From positions 1-63,012 of the forward strand of contig JADFRY010000005.1 of the NCBI GenBank assembly GCA_022561055.1: DNA of 63,012 nucleotides, in the 5' to 3' direction. The number at the start of each line of letters is the position of its first letter. Positions within the stretch are counted from its first letter, which is position 1. The notes under the pieces were generated by a model. It saw nothing but the letters and a program-made list of their open reading frames with translations, did no database searches and was not told where the DNA came from. The position numbers were made by a program, and so were the translations under genes. Below, piece after piece: positions 19,298-30,111 of this stretch. The stretch comes from Nanobdellota archaeon. Lineage in GTDB: Archaea; Nanobdellota; Nanobdellia; Pacearchaeales; GW2011-AR1.

Positions 19298-19551
19298 TAT
19301 TTGAAAGGAGGATTAAAAGTATTAGATGACAAAAATAATATTTAATAAAGCGTATAAACCTATATTTAATAGAAAAGTAATACCAGAGGGATCAACTGGA
19401 GAAATAAACCCAACACCAACTGGATATTATTCTAGTATTAATATAGATAGTAAAATTTATATCATTCCAACTGAAAAAATTCATGTAATGAAAAAAGAAG
19501 GATTAGTAACAATAGTATGTGATGAAGGAGAAGAATGGGGTGATTAATCAT

Positions 19552-20073
19552 ATGAAAATAACTATAAGAGATACTAAAAAACGAGTAGGACCAGGAAACA
19601 ACTTCTTTAAAAAAGAGAATGTTAAGTTAGGTAAAGAAATAATTATGAAGATTGATAAAATAAATGGTGAATGGACTTGTGCTGAAATTATGTTACCAAG
19701 ACTAGGATATGGAACTTATAGTTGTGAACTAGAAAAACCAATGTTTTTACCTAAAGGAATAGTCTTTGGATTCTTTTTATATAGAAACGATCAAAACGAA
19801 GTTGATATAGAATTTACTAGATGGAATAAATTCTTTTCAAAAAATGCTCAATTTGTTATTCAAGATGGACCAAAACAAAGATTCTGGAATTTTAGAAGAC
19901 ATAATAAATTGAAGATAGAATGGTATTTGTCATGGGTTAAATTTACTTTAAATGGAAAAACATGGAAGATATGGGGAAATTTTGATCTAGGAACACTTCA
20001 TATTAATCTTTGGATATATGGTAAACCCAAAAAAACTCAAGTAAAAATAAGGAATTTAAAATGGACAAAATAG
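19552..20073 (+). CDS. GH16-like glycoside hydrolase
   Basis: GYGTY, FGFFLY, EVDIEF catalytic motif; GGGGTGA RBS before ATG 19552. Confidence 0.6.
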   Translation: MKITIRDTKKRVGPGNNFFKKENVKLGKEIIMKIDKINGEWTCAEIMLPRLGYGTYSCELEKPMFLPKGIVFGFFLYRNDQNEVDIEFTRWNKFFSKNAQFVIQDGPKQRFWNFRRHNKLKIEWYLSWVKFTLNGKTWKIWGNFDLGTLHINLWIYGKPKKTQVKIRNLKWTK

Positions 20074-20810
20074 TAATTGCTGGAGTCATGGGACAGAATT
20101 GTCTAAAATTTCTACCTATGTGTTTAGAAAGTTTAAAAACAGCAGATATAATAATTTATATTGATGGAGGAAGTGAAGATGGTTCTATTGAATACGCAAA
20201 AGAAAAAGGATGTGAAATTATAGAAAATGAATATGATCAAAAAGACAAGACAATGAATGGTAAACAACGTAATGTTTTTCTAAATTATCTAAAGATAAAA
20301 TATCTAAATGATTGGTGTATTTTTTTAGATGCTGACGAAGTTTTAGAAGATTATGGTATACAAAAATTAAAAAATACTATAACACAATTAAACAATAAAG
20401 AAGCTGTTTTATCTCCTAGAATACATCACTTTATAGGAGATTTAGGACACGAAGACTGGACAAAAGATATACATTTTGTTCCAAATAGATTTTTTAAAAT
20501 AATTAACGAACTTGAATATACAGAAGTAGAACATTCTGTATTACAACTTAAAGCAAAAATTTTAAATGAAAAAGAAGAAATTCCACAAACTGTAATTGGA
20601 ACAGTAGATGTTCATATTTGGCATCTAAGAGAATGTCAAGGAATCTTTGAAACAAATAGGAAGTTTAATTGGAATACACAAAAGTCAAACATACATAGTG
20701 AAACTCAGTTAAGACAGTGGAATAGAGATATGCTATTTGGTAATTATCCAAGGAAGAGAGTACACTATGATCAAATACCAACACCAATTAAACAGAGGTT
20801 TGATATATGA
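20061..20810 (+). CDS. Glycosyltransferase family 2
   Basis: IDGGSEDGS, FLDADE. Confidence 0.88.
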   Translation: MDKIVIAGVMGQNCLKFLPMCLESLKTADIIIYIDGGSEDGSIEYAKEKGCEIIENEYDQKDKTMNGKQRNVFLNYLKIKYLNDWCIFLDADEVLEDYGIQKLKNTITQLNNKEAVLSPRIHHFIGDLGHEDWTKDIHFVPNRFFKIINELEYTEVEHSVLQLKAKILNEKEEIPQTVIGTVDVHIWHLRECQGIFETNRKFNWNTQKSNIHSETQLRQWNRDMLFGNYPRKRVHYDQIPTPIKQRFDI

Positions 20811-21067
20811 AAATATTATGTATTTGTAAAGCTGGGAATGTAAGAAGTGTAGCAATGGCTCAATATATTAGAGATTCAACATCTCATGAAGCAATTGCAA
20901 TCGGAATTGATACATGTAGTATTGAAACGTTTGATATGTTACTTGAGTGGGCAGATCATAATATAGATATGAGATATTATTTTGAGGATTATTGGCATGA
21001 TCCTAGACATCCAGTATTAAAAAAGAAGGTAAAAGAAATATGGAAATTAGAGGAAAAGCTCCTTTAA
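20807..21067 (+). CDS. Low-molecular-weight PTP-like phosphatase
   Basis: CKAGNVRS (CX5RS), EWAD, DP. Confidence 0.7.
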   Translation: MKILCICKAGNVRSVAMAQYIRDSTSHEAIAIGIDTCSIETFDMLLEWADHNIDMRYYFEDYWHDPRHPVLKKKVKEIWKLEEKLL

Positions 21068-21975
21068 GAATTGGCCTAGCTGGAGGAGGCACCGATTTAG
21101 AGTATATATTTGAAAAATATGGCGGAGCTGTCGTAAATATAACAATAGATAAGTTTTGTCATATGAGTATAAAAATAAGAGACGATAATAAGATATTTGT
21201 AAATGGATATGAAGAACGTCCTTTTATATTAAAAAAGATATTAGAAAATTATGAAGTACCTTTTGGATTTGATCTTATTTATTATAACGATATTCAACCA
21301 GGAAGTGGATTAGGTAATTCATCAAGTTTTGTAGTATTATTTTTAAAAATAATAGACGATCTACAAAATAAAGTAGTAGATGATTTTGAAACAATTAAAC
21401 AAGCTCATCAGATAGAATTACATATAAAAGAAGGTGGTTGGCAAGATCAATACGCTACAACATTCGGAGGTATAAACTTTATAGAATTTAATAAAGAAAA
21501 AAGAATATATCCTCTTAATTTAAGATATAGATTCTTATGTGAATTAAATGAACATCTATTACTTGTTGATATTTATGGGCAAAAACAGCAAGATATTCAT
21601 AAAGAGTTAAGAGAGTATTCTGAGACACATAATGATGAAATGGAAAAAACTGCTAAGATAAAAGACTTAGCCTTTAGAATGAGAGACTGTTTGCTTAATC
21701 AAAGAATAGATGAGATAGGAAAAATCTTACATGAAAATTGGGAACTAAAAAGAAATAAATTCACTTCAAACAAAAACATTGATTCTTTATATAAAATGGC
21801 TAGATTAAATGGTGCTATTGGAGGGAAAATATGTGGATCTGGCCAAGCAGGACATTTCTTATTTTTTTGTAAACCTAAAGACAGAAATAATCTAATAAAT
21901 AAAATCGAATCAGAAGGATATAAGACTGTACCTTTTAATTTCGCAAAACAAGGAGCAGAAACATGGCGAATATAG
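21040..21975 (+). CDS. GHMP sugar kinase, HddA-like
   Basis: APLRIGLAGGGTD, PGSGLGNSS, GWQDQY. Confidence 0.88.
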   Translation: MEIRGKAPLRIGLAGGGTDLEYIFEKYGGAVVNITIDKFCHMSIKIRDDNKIFVNGYEERPFILKKILENYEVPFGFDLIYYNDIQPGSGLGNSSSFVVLFLKIIDDLQNKVVDDFETIKQAHQIELHIKEGGWQDQYATTFGGINFIEFNKEKRIYPLNLRYRFLCELNEHLLLVDIYGQKQQDIHKELREYSETHNDEMEKTAKIKDLAFRMRDCLLNQRIDEIGKILHENWELKRNKFTSNKNIDSLYKMARLNGAIGGKICGSGQAGHFLFFCKPKDRNNLINKIESEGYKTVPFNFAKQGAETWRI

Positions 21976-22382
21976 TTTTTGTATCAGGATGTTTTAATCT
22001 CTTACATCCAGGACATGTTTATTTTTTAAATAAAGCTAAAGAATTTGGAGATATATTAGTAGTAGCTATAGCTGATGATAATATAACTAAACATAAAAGA
22101 GTTCCAATAATAAATCATAAACAAAGGAAGTACATGATAAAGAATCTAAAATGTGTAGATTATGTAATCAGTGAAGAAAATGAAATGCCTCCTGAAAATA
22201 TTAAAACAATTGTTAAAAACTTACTTCCAGATATTTGGGTAACTATTGAAGATAATCCTAATTTAGCATCATATCAAAAGATAGCTAGAGAGAATAATAT
22301 AGAGTTTATTATTTTAGAAAGAAATAACGAAGGAATATTTAATATTAGTACTACAGAAATTATTGAAAGATTGTCATTATAA
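21963..22382 (+). CDS. Cytidylyltransferase-superfamily nucleotidyltransferase
   Basis: GCFNLLHPGH, ISTTEII. Confidence 0.88.
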   Translation: MANIVFVSGCFNLLHPGHVYFLNKAKEFGDILVVAIADDNITKHKRVPIINHKQRKYMIKNLKCVDYVISEENEMPPENIKTIVKNLLPDIWVTIEDNPNLASYQKIARENNIEFIILERNNEGIFNISTTEIIERLSL

Positions 22383-22866
22383 AATGACTATAAACGTTTA
22401 AGTAGTCTATTATATTTTAAAACGAAAAGAGAATGAGAGATCAAAAGAGGATTAAACGTATTTTGAAAAGATTAGAAAAACTTTGGAATGAACATCCAGA
22501 TTTAAGATTTGGTCAATTTTTAATTAACTTAGCGATAGTTGAAGATACTTATCCAGTTTGGTCTAATGAAGATGATGGATTAGAAGAATATTTAAAAAAT
22601 TTTAAATGGTAACTAAATGTTAGCTGAAATAAACACATTCGATTTTAATAATGCAAAAGATATGGTAGAGCACAAAAGAAAAGCACTCGTTAAAGTTGAT
22701 AACATAGAATCAGCACAAGAACTTAGTCCCATGAACATGCAAATGGATCAAGAAAAATATGATAAAATATTTCCAGAAAAAGTGTTTGCTATTAAACTTT
22801 TATCTGGAACAACTTTTTTGATAGATAAAAATGAATACAATGATATTAGAAAATTTGGAGGATTAA

Positions 22867-23541
22867 ATGGTAACTAAACAAGAACTTATTGATTTCGAGA
22901 AATGGACTGTTGCTACATTTAATGATGGAAAATTAAAGAGTCCAGTTCATTTATCTGGTTCTATTGATGGAAATTTAGAACATTATTTGATTAGTTATTT
23001 TAAACAAATTAAAAAAACTGATTGGGTTGCAACAACTTATCGTTCTCATTATCATGCTCTCTTAAAGGGAGTCCCGCCAGAGAAATTAAAAAAATGGATA
23101 CTTGATAATAAATCAATTCATTTTATGGATAAAAAATACAAAATGTTTAGTAGTGCAATAGTTGGAGGAACACTCTCTATAGCGTTAGGTATTGCTATAT
23201 CTCTGAAGATGAGAAAAAGTACAGATAAAGTATATTGTTTTATTGGAGATATGACAAATATGAGTGGAACATTCCATGAAGTATTTAAATATTCAATAAA
23301 TCATAAACTACCAATCAAATTTCTTGTAGAATGTAATTACTTAAGCACAGATACTCCTACTTCTGAAGTATGGGGAATTACTGATGAATTATTAGAAAAA
23401 CATTATCAAACGATGAATTGGAAATATCCAGATTATTTTGATTATGTTATTTATAAAAGAAAATATCCACATTATGGAACAGGAAAATTCATCTCTAAAC
23501 TTTGGGAAGATACAGATGAAACAAAAGGGAAGGGATTTTAA
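22867..23541 (+). CDS. TPP-dependent E1-alpha-like subunit
   Basis: PVHLSG, TYRSHYH, AIVGG, GDM..N. Confidence 0.85.
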   Translation: MVTKQELIDFEKWTVATFNDGKLKSPVHLSGSIDGNLEHYLISYFKQIKKTDWVATTYRSHYHALLKGVPPEKLKKWILDNKSIHFMDKKYKMFSSAIVGGTLSIALGIAISLKMRKSTDKVYCFIGDMTNMSGTFHEVFKYSINHKLPIKFLVECNYLSTDTPTSEVWGITDELLEKHYQTMNWKYPDYFDYVIYKRKYPHYGTGKFISKLWEDTDETKGKGF

Positions 23542-23680
23542 ATGAATTTAGATGTAAAAAATTTAAAAGAAATAAAAGATATAATGGAATTTGCAAAGTG
23601 GATAAGAGAAAAGCCAGTAGAATGGAAACAATTTAAAACAGATGTAAAGTTTTTATTTGAAGAAATGGGAAAGTGTTTAG

Positions 23681-24250
23681 ATGACTTATCTTGAAGAAAT
23701 TAAAAAATCAATGAAGCTTTTGGCAGATAATGACTATTATATTATTGGTCAAAATACTAAATATGGTGGTACTTCTATGTATCATACTATTAGTGATTTT
23801 CCAGATGATAAAAAAATAGAATTACCAGTATTCGAAGAACTACAAGCAGGAATTGGAACAGGTATGAGCTTAGAAGGATTAAAAATTTGTTCAATTTATC
23901 CAAGATTTGATTTCTTTATAATAGCACTTAATCAAGTAATTAATCATTTAGATAAATTTGAAGAAATGTCTGGTGGACAATTAAAACCTAGACAAATATT
24001 CAGAGTATGTGTTGGATCAACTAAACCAATGATGCCTGGACCACAACATTGTAAAAACTATACAGAAGCAATTAAAAATATGGTAACAAATATTGAAGTA
24101 AGAGAATTAAAGAAACCAGAAGATATTTTATTTGCTTATAAAGAAGCAACAATGTCAGATAAGAGTTTTATAATAATTGAGTATTCAGATTTATATAATG
24201 CAGATTTTGCATTCACAAAAATAAAAGAGAGTAAAGATATAAGGAGGTAA
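23681..24250 (+). CDS. TPP-dependent E1-beta/transketolase pyrimidine-binding subunit
   Basis: ELPVFEE, NQVINH, GPQH. Confidence 0.82.
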   Translation: MTYLEEIKKSMKLLADNDYYIIGQNTKYGGTSMYHTISDFPDDKKIELPVFEELQAGIGTGMSLEGLKICSIYPRFDFFIIALNQVINHLDKFEEMSGGQLKPRQIFRVCVGSTKPMMPGPQHCKNYTEAIKNMVTNIEVRELKKPEDILFAYKEATMSDKSFIIIEYSDLYNADFAFTKIKESKDIRR

Positions 24251-24661
24251 AAATGAAAAAAACAACAAAGACATATATTTTATTTGCAATAATATTATCT
24301 TTAGTTTTTAATCTAATAACTGTTATAACTTACGATTTAGATGTTGATAATTGTAAAGAAATTTTAAAATTAGAATTTCAAATTGCTCAGCATGATACAG
24401 TACATTGTGTGAAAATAATTAATCAACCTATATATAGTTATTATATTCCAGAATTTCTTGCTGGTTCGATTATAGCTTTTTTAATAGTAGGAGTTGCTAG
24501 ATTTATTCATCATATGATTAAGGAGGGAATATAATGAAGTGTCCATATTGTCCAAAAGAGATAAGAGAAGATAGAACTTTCCTAAGAATGATAGGAAAGA
24601 AACAGTATGAATCCAATCCAGATTTCGATAAACATATAAGAATACATATAAAGAAAACAAA

Positions 24662-25852
24662 ATGAAAAAAGTAATAAAAGTAGGAAGAGTACCGATTAAA
24701 ATGTGGTTAGATGATCTAGAAGAAGGTGCTCTAGAACAAACTGTAAACTTATCAAACTTGCCGTTTGTATTTAAACAAGTAGTATTAATGCCAGATGCAC
24801 ATCAAGGATATGGAATGCCAATAGGAGGAATATTAGCAACTAAAGGATATATAGTTCCAAATGCAGTAGGTGTAGATATTGGTTGTGGTATGTGTTCAGT
24901 TAAAACAAATATTCATCTTGGAGACCTAACAATAGACGATATAAAAAAGATCATGAGTAAAATCAGAGAAAGAATACCTGTAGGATTTAATAAACATAAT
25001 GAAAAACAACCATTAGAATTTCTCCCACAACCTTCTATTAATTTGACTTCAAGACAATCAGTTGTTATACAACAATGGGAAAACGCACAACATCAAATTG
25101 GAACACTTGGAGGTGGAAACCATTTTATTGAACTACAAAAAGATAAAGATAACATTTTATGGATTATGATTCATTCAGGTAGTAGAAACTTAGGCAAAAA
25201 AGTAGCAGATCATTATAACAAGATAGCTAGAAATTTAAACGAAAGATGGTTTTCAGAAGTAAAAAAAGATAAAGATTTAGCTTTTTTACCATTAGATTCC
25301 AAAGAAGGCAAAGAGTATTTAGAAGAAATGAATTTCTGTGTTGAGTTTGCTTTATGTAATAGGAAACTTATGTTAAAGAGAATTTTAGAGTCAATTCAAG
25401 AAGTATGTTACGAGAAAAATATTACATATGTTCCGGAGGAATTGATCAATATACCACATAATTATTGTAGAATAGAAAATCATTTCAATGAGAATGTAAT
25501 AGTTCATAGAAAGGGAGCAACTTCTGCAAAAGAAAAAGAAGTAGGAATAATACCAGGAAGTCAAGGAACATGTAGTTATATTGTGTTGGGTCTTGGTAAT
25601 CCTGAAAGCTTTTGTAGTTGTAGTCATGGAGCAGGAAGAAAAATGGGTAGAAATGTAGCAAGAAGAACTTTAAATTTACAGGAAGAAGTTGATGCTCTCA
25701 ATAAAAAAGGCATTATACATGCTATTAGAAATGTTACTGATTTAGATGAAGCACCTGGAAGTTATAAAGATATTGAAATAGTTATGGAAAATCAAAATGA
25801 TTTAGTAAAAATATTAGTCAGATTAGAACCAGTAGGAGTAGTAAAAGGATAA
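24662..25852 (+). CDS. rtcB: RNA-splicing/repair ligase RtcB
   Basis: MPDAHQGYG, VGVDIGCG, GTLGGGNHFIE, HSGSR, HRKGA, HGAGR, DEAPGSYK. Confidence 0.96.
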   Translation: MKKVIKVGRVPIKMWLDDLEEGALEQTVNLSNLPFVFKQVVLMPDAHQGYGMPIGGILATKGYIVPNAVGVDIGCGMCSVKTNIHLGDLTIDDIKKIMSKIRERIPVGFNKHNEKQPLEFLPQPSINLTSRQSVVIQQWENAQHQIGTLGGGNHFIELQKDKDNILWIMIHSGSRNLGKKVADHYNKIARNLNERWFSEVKKDKDLAFLPLDSKEGKEYLEEMNFCVEFALCNRKLMLKRILESIQEVCYEKNITYVPEELINIPHNYCRIENHFNENVIVHRKGATSAKEKEVGIIPGSQGTCSYIVLGLGNPESFCSCSHGAGRKMGRNVARRTLNLQEEVDALNKKGIIHAIRNVTDLDEAPGSYKDIEIVMENQNDLVKILVRLEPVGVVKG

Positions 25853-26085
25853 TGTTAATTAAATACAGCAGGGAGGTACAAAATGCAGGATAAAAAACTA
25901 AGAGAAGCGTTTAGAGCACTTGTGAAACATTTGAATTTAGCAGTAATGTTTAACAACTGGACAGAAGATTATTCAGTCAAAAACAATCCGCCTGATTCAG
26001 GATGTAATTTAGTAAGAAGACAGAATCTAAGAGATCTTCAAGAACAAATAAACGAACTCAAAAATAAAAAAGTCAAAAGAAAGAG

Positions 26086-26490
26086 ATGAGAGGCGTAGTT
26101 ATCAAGAAAGCACTCGTAATTGCTGAAGATGAAAGACGAAAGATTATTAGTGTTTTAAATGGAGAAATAGGAGTCAGAGACATTCATATACTCGAAATGA
26201 AGAAAGGTGAAAAAAACGAAGAAGGTTTGATTAAATTACCATTAGGAAACCATAAACACTGGTATCCCGAAGTATGTTATTGTTATAAAGGCAAAGCTAA
26301 ATATTGGCTTAAAAATGATCAAGGAGAAACAATGGAGATAGATTTAAATGAAGGAGATATAATGTTCAGAGCACCAGGAGTAGTGCATACTTGTTTATGT
26401 ACAGAAGATTGTATTTTAATAGATGGTGCTGAATATCCGTGGGTTGCAGAAGAATGGAATCACTATAAACCAGAGGAGGATTTGATGTGA
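26086..26490 (+). CDS. Cupin-fold protein (sugar isomerase/epimerase-like)
   Basis: GNHKH..E, PGVVH. Confidence 0.7.
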   Translation: MRGVVIKKALVIAEDERRKIISVLNGEIGVRDIHILEMKKGEKNEEGLIKLPLGNHKHWYPEVCYCYKGKAKYWLKNDQGETMEIDLNEGDIMFRAPGVVHTCLCTEDCILIDGAEYPWVAEEWNHYKPEEDLM

Positions 26491-27539
26491 AAATTATGAT
26501 TTTTGGAGGTGCCGGGTTTGTCGCATCACATCTTGTAGATTATTGCTTAAAACAAGGAGATGAGGTAATAATTACCTGTAGATGGAATGAGGATTTATCT
26601 AGGATGAAACATTTCGAAGATAAAGTAAAAATAGAATATGTTGAAGCAACAGATATAACAAGTATTATAAGGGCTATTAATAAACACAGACCAGAGGTTT
26701 TATCTTGGCTTATAGCGCAGAGCTGGGTGCCTTATTCTTTTGATAATCCTATTTATACAATTGAAACAAATACAATTGGAACATTGAATTTATTAGAAGC
26801 AGTAAGAATAATCCAAGATATTGATTCTAAAAACAATAGTCAATATATTAGAATGGGATTTGATGGTCAAGATATTAGATACGATCCATTAATTCATGTT
26901 TGTTCTAGTTCAGAATACTATGGAAAAGTAGAAAGAGAAAATCTTCCGATTACAGAAAATCATCCAGCTAATCCAGGTAATCCTTATGGAGTTGGGAAAG
27001 TAGGAGCAGATTTGATTAGTCAAATATATGCAAAATATTATGATATGAATATTTTAATAACTAGAATGTTTACTCATTGTGGAATAAGGCGAAGTATGAT
27101 GAGTGCAGAGAATTTTTATGCAAAGAGTATAGCTGAGTTAGAAATAAATGGTGGAGATACAATCCAAGTTAGTAATGTAACAGGAATGAATAGTATAAGA
27201 ACTTGGGCAGACGTAAGAGATGCAGTTAAGAATTATCATAATCTTTTCAAAAAAAATAAAACAGGAGTATTTAATATCGCAGGTGAGTCGGTTAAGTCAA
27301 TTCAAGAAGTATTAGATTATTTGATTAGCATAAGTAAATTAGATAAAGATAAAATAAGATTTGTAGAAAACCCTAAATTCTTTAGAAAAATAGATGTAGA
27401 TAAACAAATAGTAGATATAACTAAATTCAAAGAGTCAGTTAATTGGGAAAATCAAATTACATTTGAAGAATTGATGCAAAGTTTACTTGATTATTGGAGA
27501 GAAAAAATAAAAAATGAAAATACAACCAAGAATAGATAG
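26487..27539 (+). CDS. GDP-mannose 4,6-dehydratase-like enzyme
   Basis: GGAGFVASHL, AQSWV..SF, SSSEYYG, PYGVGK, RTWADVRD. Confidence 0.88.
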   Translation: MKIMIFGGAGFVASHLVDYCLKQGDEVIITCRWNEDLSRMKHFEDKVKIEYVEATDITSIIRAINKHRPEVLSWLIAQSWVPYSFDNPIYTIETNTIGTLNLLEAVRIIQDIDSKNNSQYIRMGFDGQDIRYDPLIHVCSSSEYYGKVERENLPITENHPANPGNPYGVGKVGADLISQIYAKYYDMNILITRMFTHCGIRRSMMSAENFYAKSIAELEINGGDTIQVSNVTGMNSIRTWADVRDAVKNYHNLFKKNKTGVFNIAGESVKSIQEVLDYLISISKLDKDKIRFVENPKFFRKIDVDKQIVDITKFKESVNWENQITFEELMQSLLDYWREKIKNENTTKNR

Positions 27540-27659
27540 AAAAATAATAGGAGATATAATCAAAAAAAATATTAAATTATTGAATATGAATGCAGATATA
27601 TCTTATGATTTGGCAGATTGTATTATGCTTTATTACATAGAGAAAAAGGAGGTAAAAAA

Positions 27660-28685
27660 ATGAAAATACTTATAACAGGAGGAGCAGGATATGGTGGATG
27701 TGGTTTAGTAGAAGCACTTTTAAAAAGAGGACATTCAATTAGAGTAATTGATATTTTAGCACCAAACGAAGCATGGAAGATAAAAGAATTTATTGATAAA
27801 ATAGACTACCGTTGGAAAAGTGTGCATGATATAAACGACGATGATCTAAAGGATATTGAAGTTGTAATTCATATGGCTGCACAAGCGGATGTTCCAATGG
27901 GATTCACAGCACCAATTTGGACAGTTTGGCAAGAATCAATAGGAACAGTTGCAGTATTAGAAAAATGTCGAGGTAAAAATCTAAAAAAGTTTTTATTAGC
28001 AAGTACAGGAAATGTTATTGGAAGACCATTATATATTCCAATAGATGAAAAACATCCAGTCGTTCCACATAATCCTTACTCAGCAGCAAAAGCAAGTCAA
28101 GAAATGTTAGTCTGGGCATATTATAGAGCATATAATATTCCAGTAGCTGTAATGAGAAACGGAATAGTTTACGGACCAAAAATGAGAAAACAAATCTTCT
28201 TATATATTTGGTTAAAAAATATTTTAAATAATAAACCAATTATAATTGAAGGTGGAGAACAAACAAGAGATCCTTGTTTTGGATCCGATACAATAGATGT
28301 TTGGACGAGAATGGTTGAATATCCAGAAGATAAAATAGTAGGCAATACATTCCAAGTAAGTAGAGGAATTGAATGGAAGATGGAAGATATGGCTAAACTA
28401 TGTATGAAAGTAGCTGGTAAAGAAGTACCAATTGAATATAAAGATTATAGACCTGGGGAAAAGGGGCAAAGAGAGTGTTTTGATAATTCATTTGCTAAAG
28501 AGCAAGTTGGATATGATCCTAAAGTAGACCTTGAAGAAGGATTAAAGATACTTTGGGAATGGGTAAAAAAGGAGGAAAAAATGACAGACGAAGAAGAATT
28601 TAAGGCAGAAGAAACAGAAAAAGACACAGATGAAGAAGAAACATCTGATGAACCTGCTGAACCTGCACCAGCAGAAGCAGAATAA
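27660..28685 (+). CDS. NAD-dependent nucleotide-sugar epimerase/dehydratase with an acidic tail
   Basis: TGGAGYGG, PYSAAK; GGAGGT RBS before ATG 27660. Confidence 0.88.
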   Translation: MKILITGGAGYGGCGLVEALLKRGHSIRVIDILAPNEAWKIKEFIDKIDYRWKSVHDINDDDLKDIEVVIHMAAQADVPMGFTAPIWTVWQESIGTVAVLEKCRGKNLKKFLLASTGNVIGRPLYIPIDEKHPVVPHNPYSAAKASQEMLVWAYYRAYNIPVAVMRNGIVYGPKMRKQIFLYIWLKNILNNKPIIIEGGEQTRDPCFGSDTIDVWTRMVEYPEDKIVGNTFQVSRGIEWKMEDMAKLCMKVAGKEVPIEYKDYRPGEKGQRECFDNSFAKEQVGYDPKVDLEEGLKILWEWVKKEEKMTDEEEFKAEETEKDTDEEETSDEPAEPAPAEAE

Positions 28686-29027
28686 AAAGGGAATTTATTA
28701 AATTTTTTTACCTTTTTATTTTATAATCAAAAGGAAATGATAGTTAAAAATGGAAGAAGAAAAAGAAATAGGTTTTAAAATCAATAAAGGGTTTAGAAAA
28801 ATTGGACCATCCGGAACAAAAATAGAAGAATATTGGTGTACCGTAGAAGGTAAAACATTAAAGGAAACATCAAAAGAGTTTGATAAACAATGGAAGGAAT
28901 TTAAAGATGAAACAAAAAAATAAAATAGATGAAATAATAGATGAATTCCTAGAGAGTCCTTACTTCAATGAAGTATGGGAAAAACAATATGAAAAATTAA
29001 GAAAGAAACTAAAAAAAGAATTTAAAA

Positions 29028-29897
29028 ATGTGGAAAAATAAAAAAGTATTGGTGACAGGAAGTGAAGGAATGATTGGTAAAGAATTAGTAATCCAATTAG
29101 AAGGATTGGGCGCAGATATATTGTTAGCAGATCTAAAAGTTCCCTTTGGTGGAGCAACAGATTTAACTAACTATAAAGAGTGTATCGATGTTTGTGAAGA
29201 TATAGAGTATATATTTCATTTAGCTGGAGTTAAAGGTAACCCTAAAAAAACAAAAGAGAGACCAGTTGATTTTATGGGTCCAATGTTACAATTTGATACT
29301 AATATGATTTTAGCCGCTCAGGAAGAAGGAGTGAAAAGATTCCTTTACACAAGTTCAATAGCAGTGGAGAATCCAGAAAGTGATAAATATCCAGCATGGG
29401 CAAAACAAACTGCTGAAACTTTAATAGAAGCAATGAGAATTCAATATAAAGATGTACCAAAAGAATATAAAACAAATTATTGTATCGTTCGACCAAGTAA
29501 TGTTTATGGACGTTTTGATAATTTTGATAATCCAGATGCTATGGTAGTTACAAGTTTAATAAATAAAGCTATGAAAGACGGTAATTTAATTCTTGATGAA
29601 AAAGGGTGTGAACAATTCAGAGATTTTATTAATGCCAAAGATGTAGCAAGAGGAATGATTAAAGCAATGGAAGATATGCCAGACAAACCAGTAAACTTAT
29701 GTAGTGGTGAAGAAGTTCAGATAGCTGTTATTATAAAATTAATTATGAATAATACTGGATGTAGTACAGAGTTTAGAAATTTAAATTTAACACTTGGACC
29801 AAATAAAAAAGTAATGAAAATAAATTGGGACTTTAAACCAGAAATAAGTTTAGAAAAAGGAATTAAAGAGGTAATAGAATGGAATTTAAAACATTGA
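29028..29897 (+). CDS. NAD-dependent epimerase/reductase (GDP-fucose synthase-like)
   Basis: TGSEGMIG, HLAG, RPSNVYG..DNF, RDFI. Confidence 0.82.
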   Translation: MWKNKKVLVTGSEGMIGKELVIQLEGLGADILLADLKVPFGGATDLTNYKECIDVCEDIEYIFHLAGVKGNPKKTKERPVDFMGPMLQFDTNMILAAQEEGVKRFLYTSSIAVENPESDKYPAWAKQTAETLIEAMRIQYKDVPKEYKTNYCIVRPSNVYGRFDNFDNPDAMVVTSLINKAMKDGNLILDEKGCEQFRDFINAKDVARGMIKAMEDMPDKPVNLCSGEEVQIAVIIKLIMNNTGCSTEFRNLNLTLGPNKKVMKINWDFKPEISLEKGIKEVIEWNLKH

Positions 29898-30111
29898 AGG
29901 ATTTGAAATTTAACATTAACGAAAAAGATAAAGATATGAAAGAATTAATGGATATTATTCAAGACCAAGAAGCAATAAAATGGGTTAAAAAAATGAAATC
30001 TGATATTCCTGAAGGATACACACCTCAAAGAATTAAAGACATAATTAATGGGGTAAACGGAGGCATTAATATACTTAAAAAGTTCTGCAATATCGACGAG
30101 GAAGACCTAAA

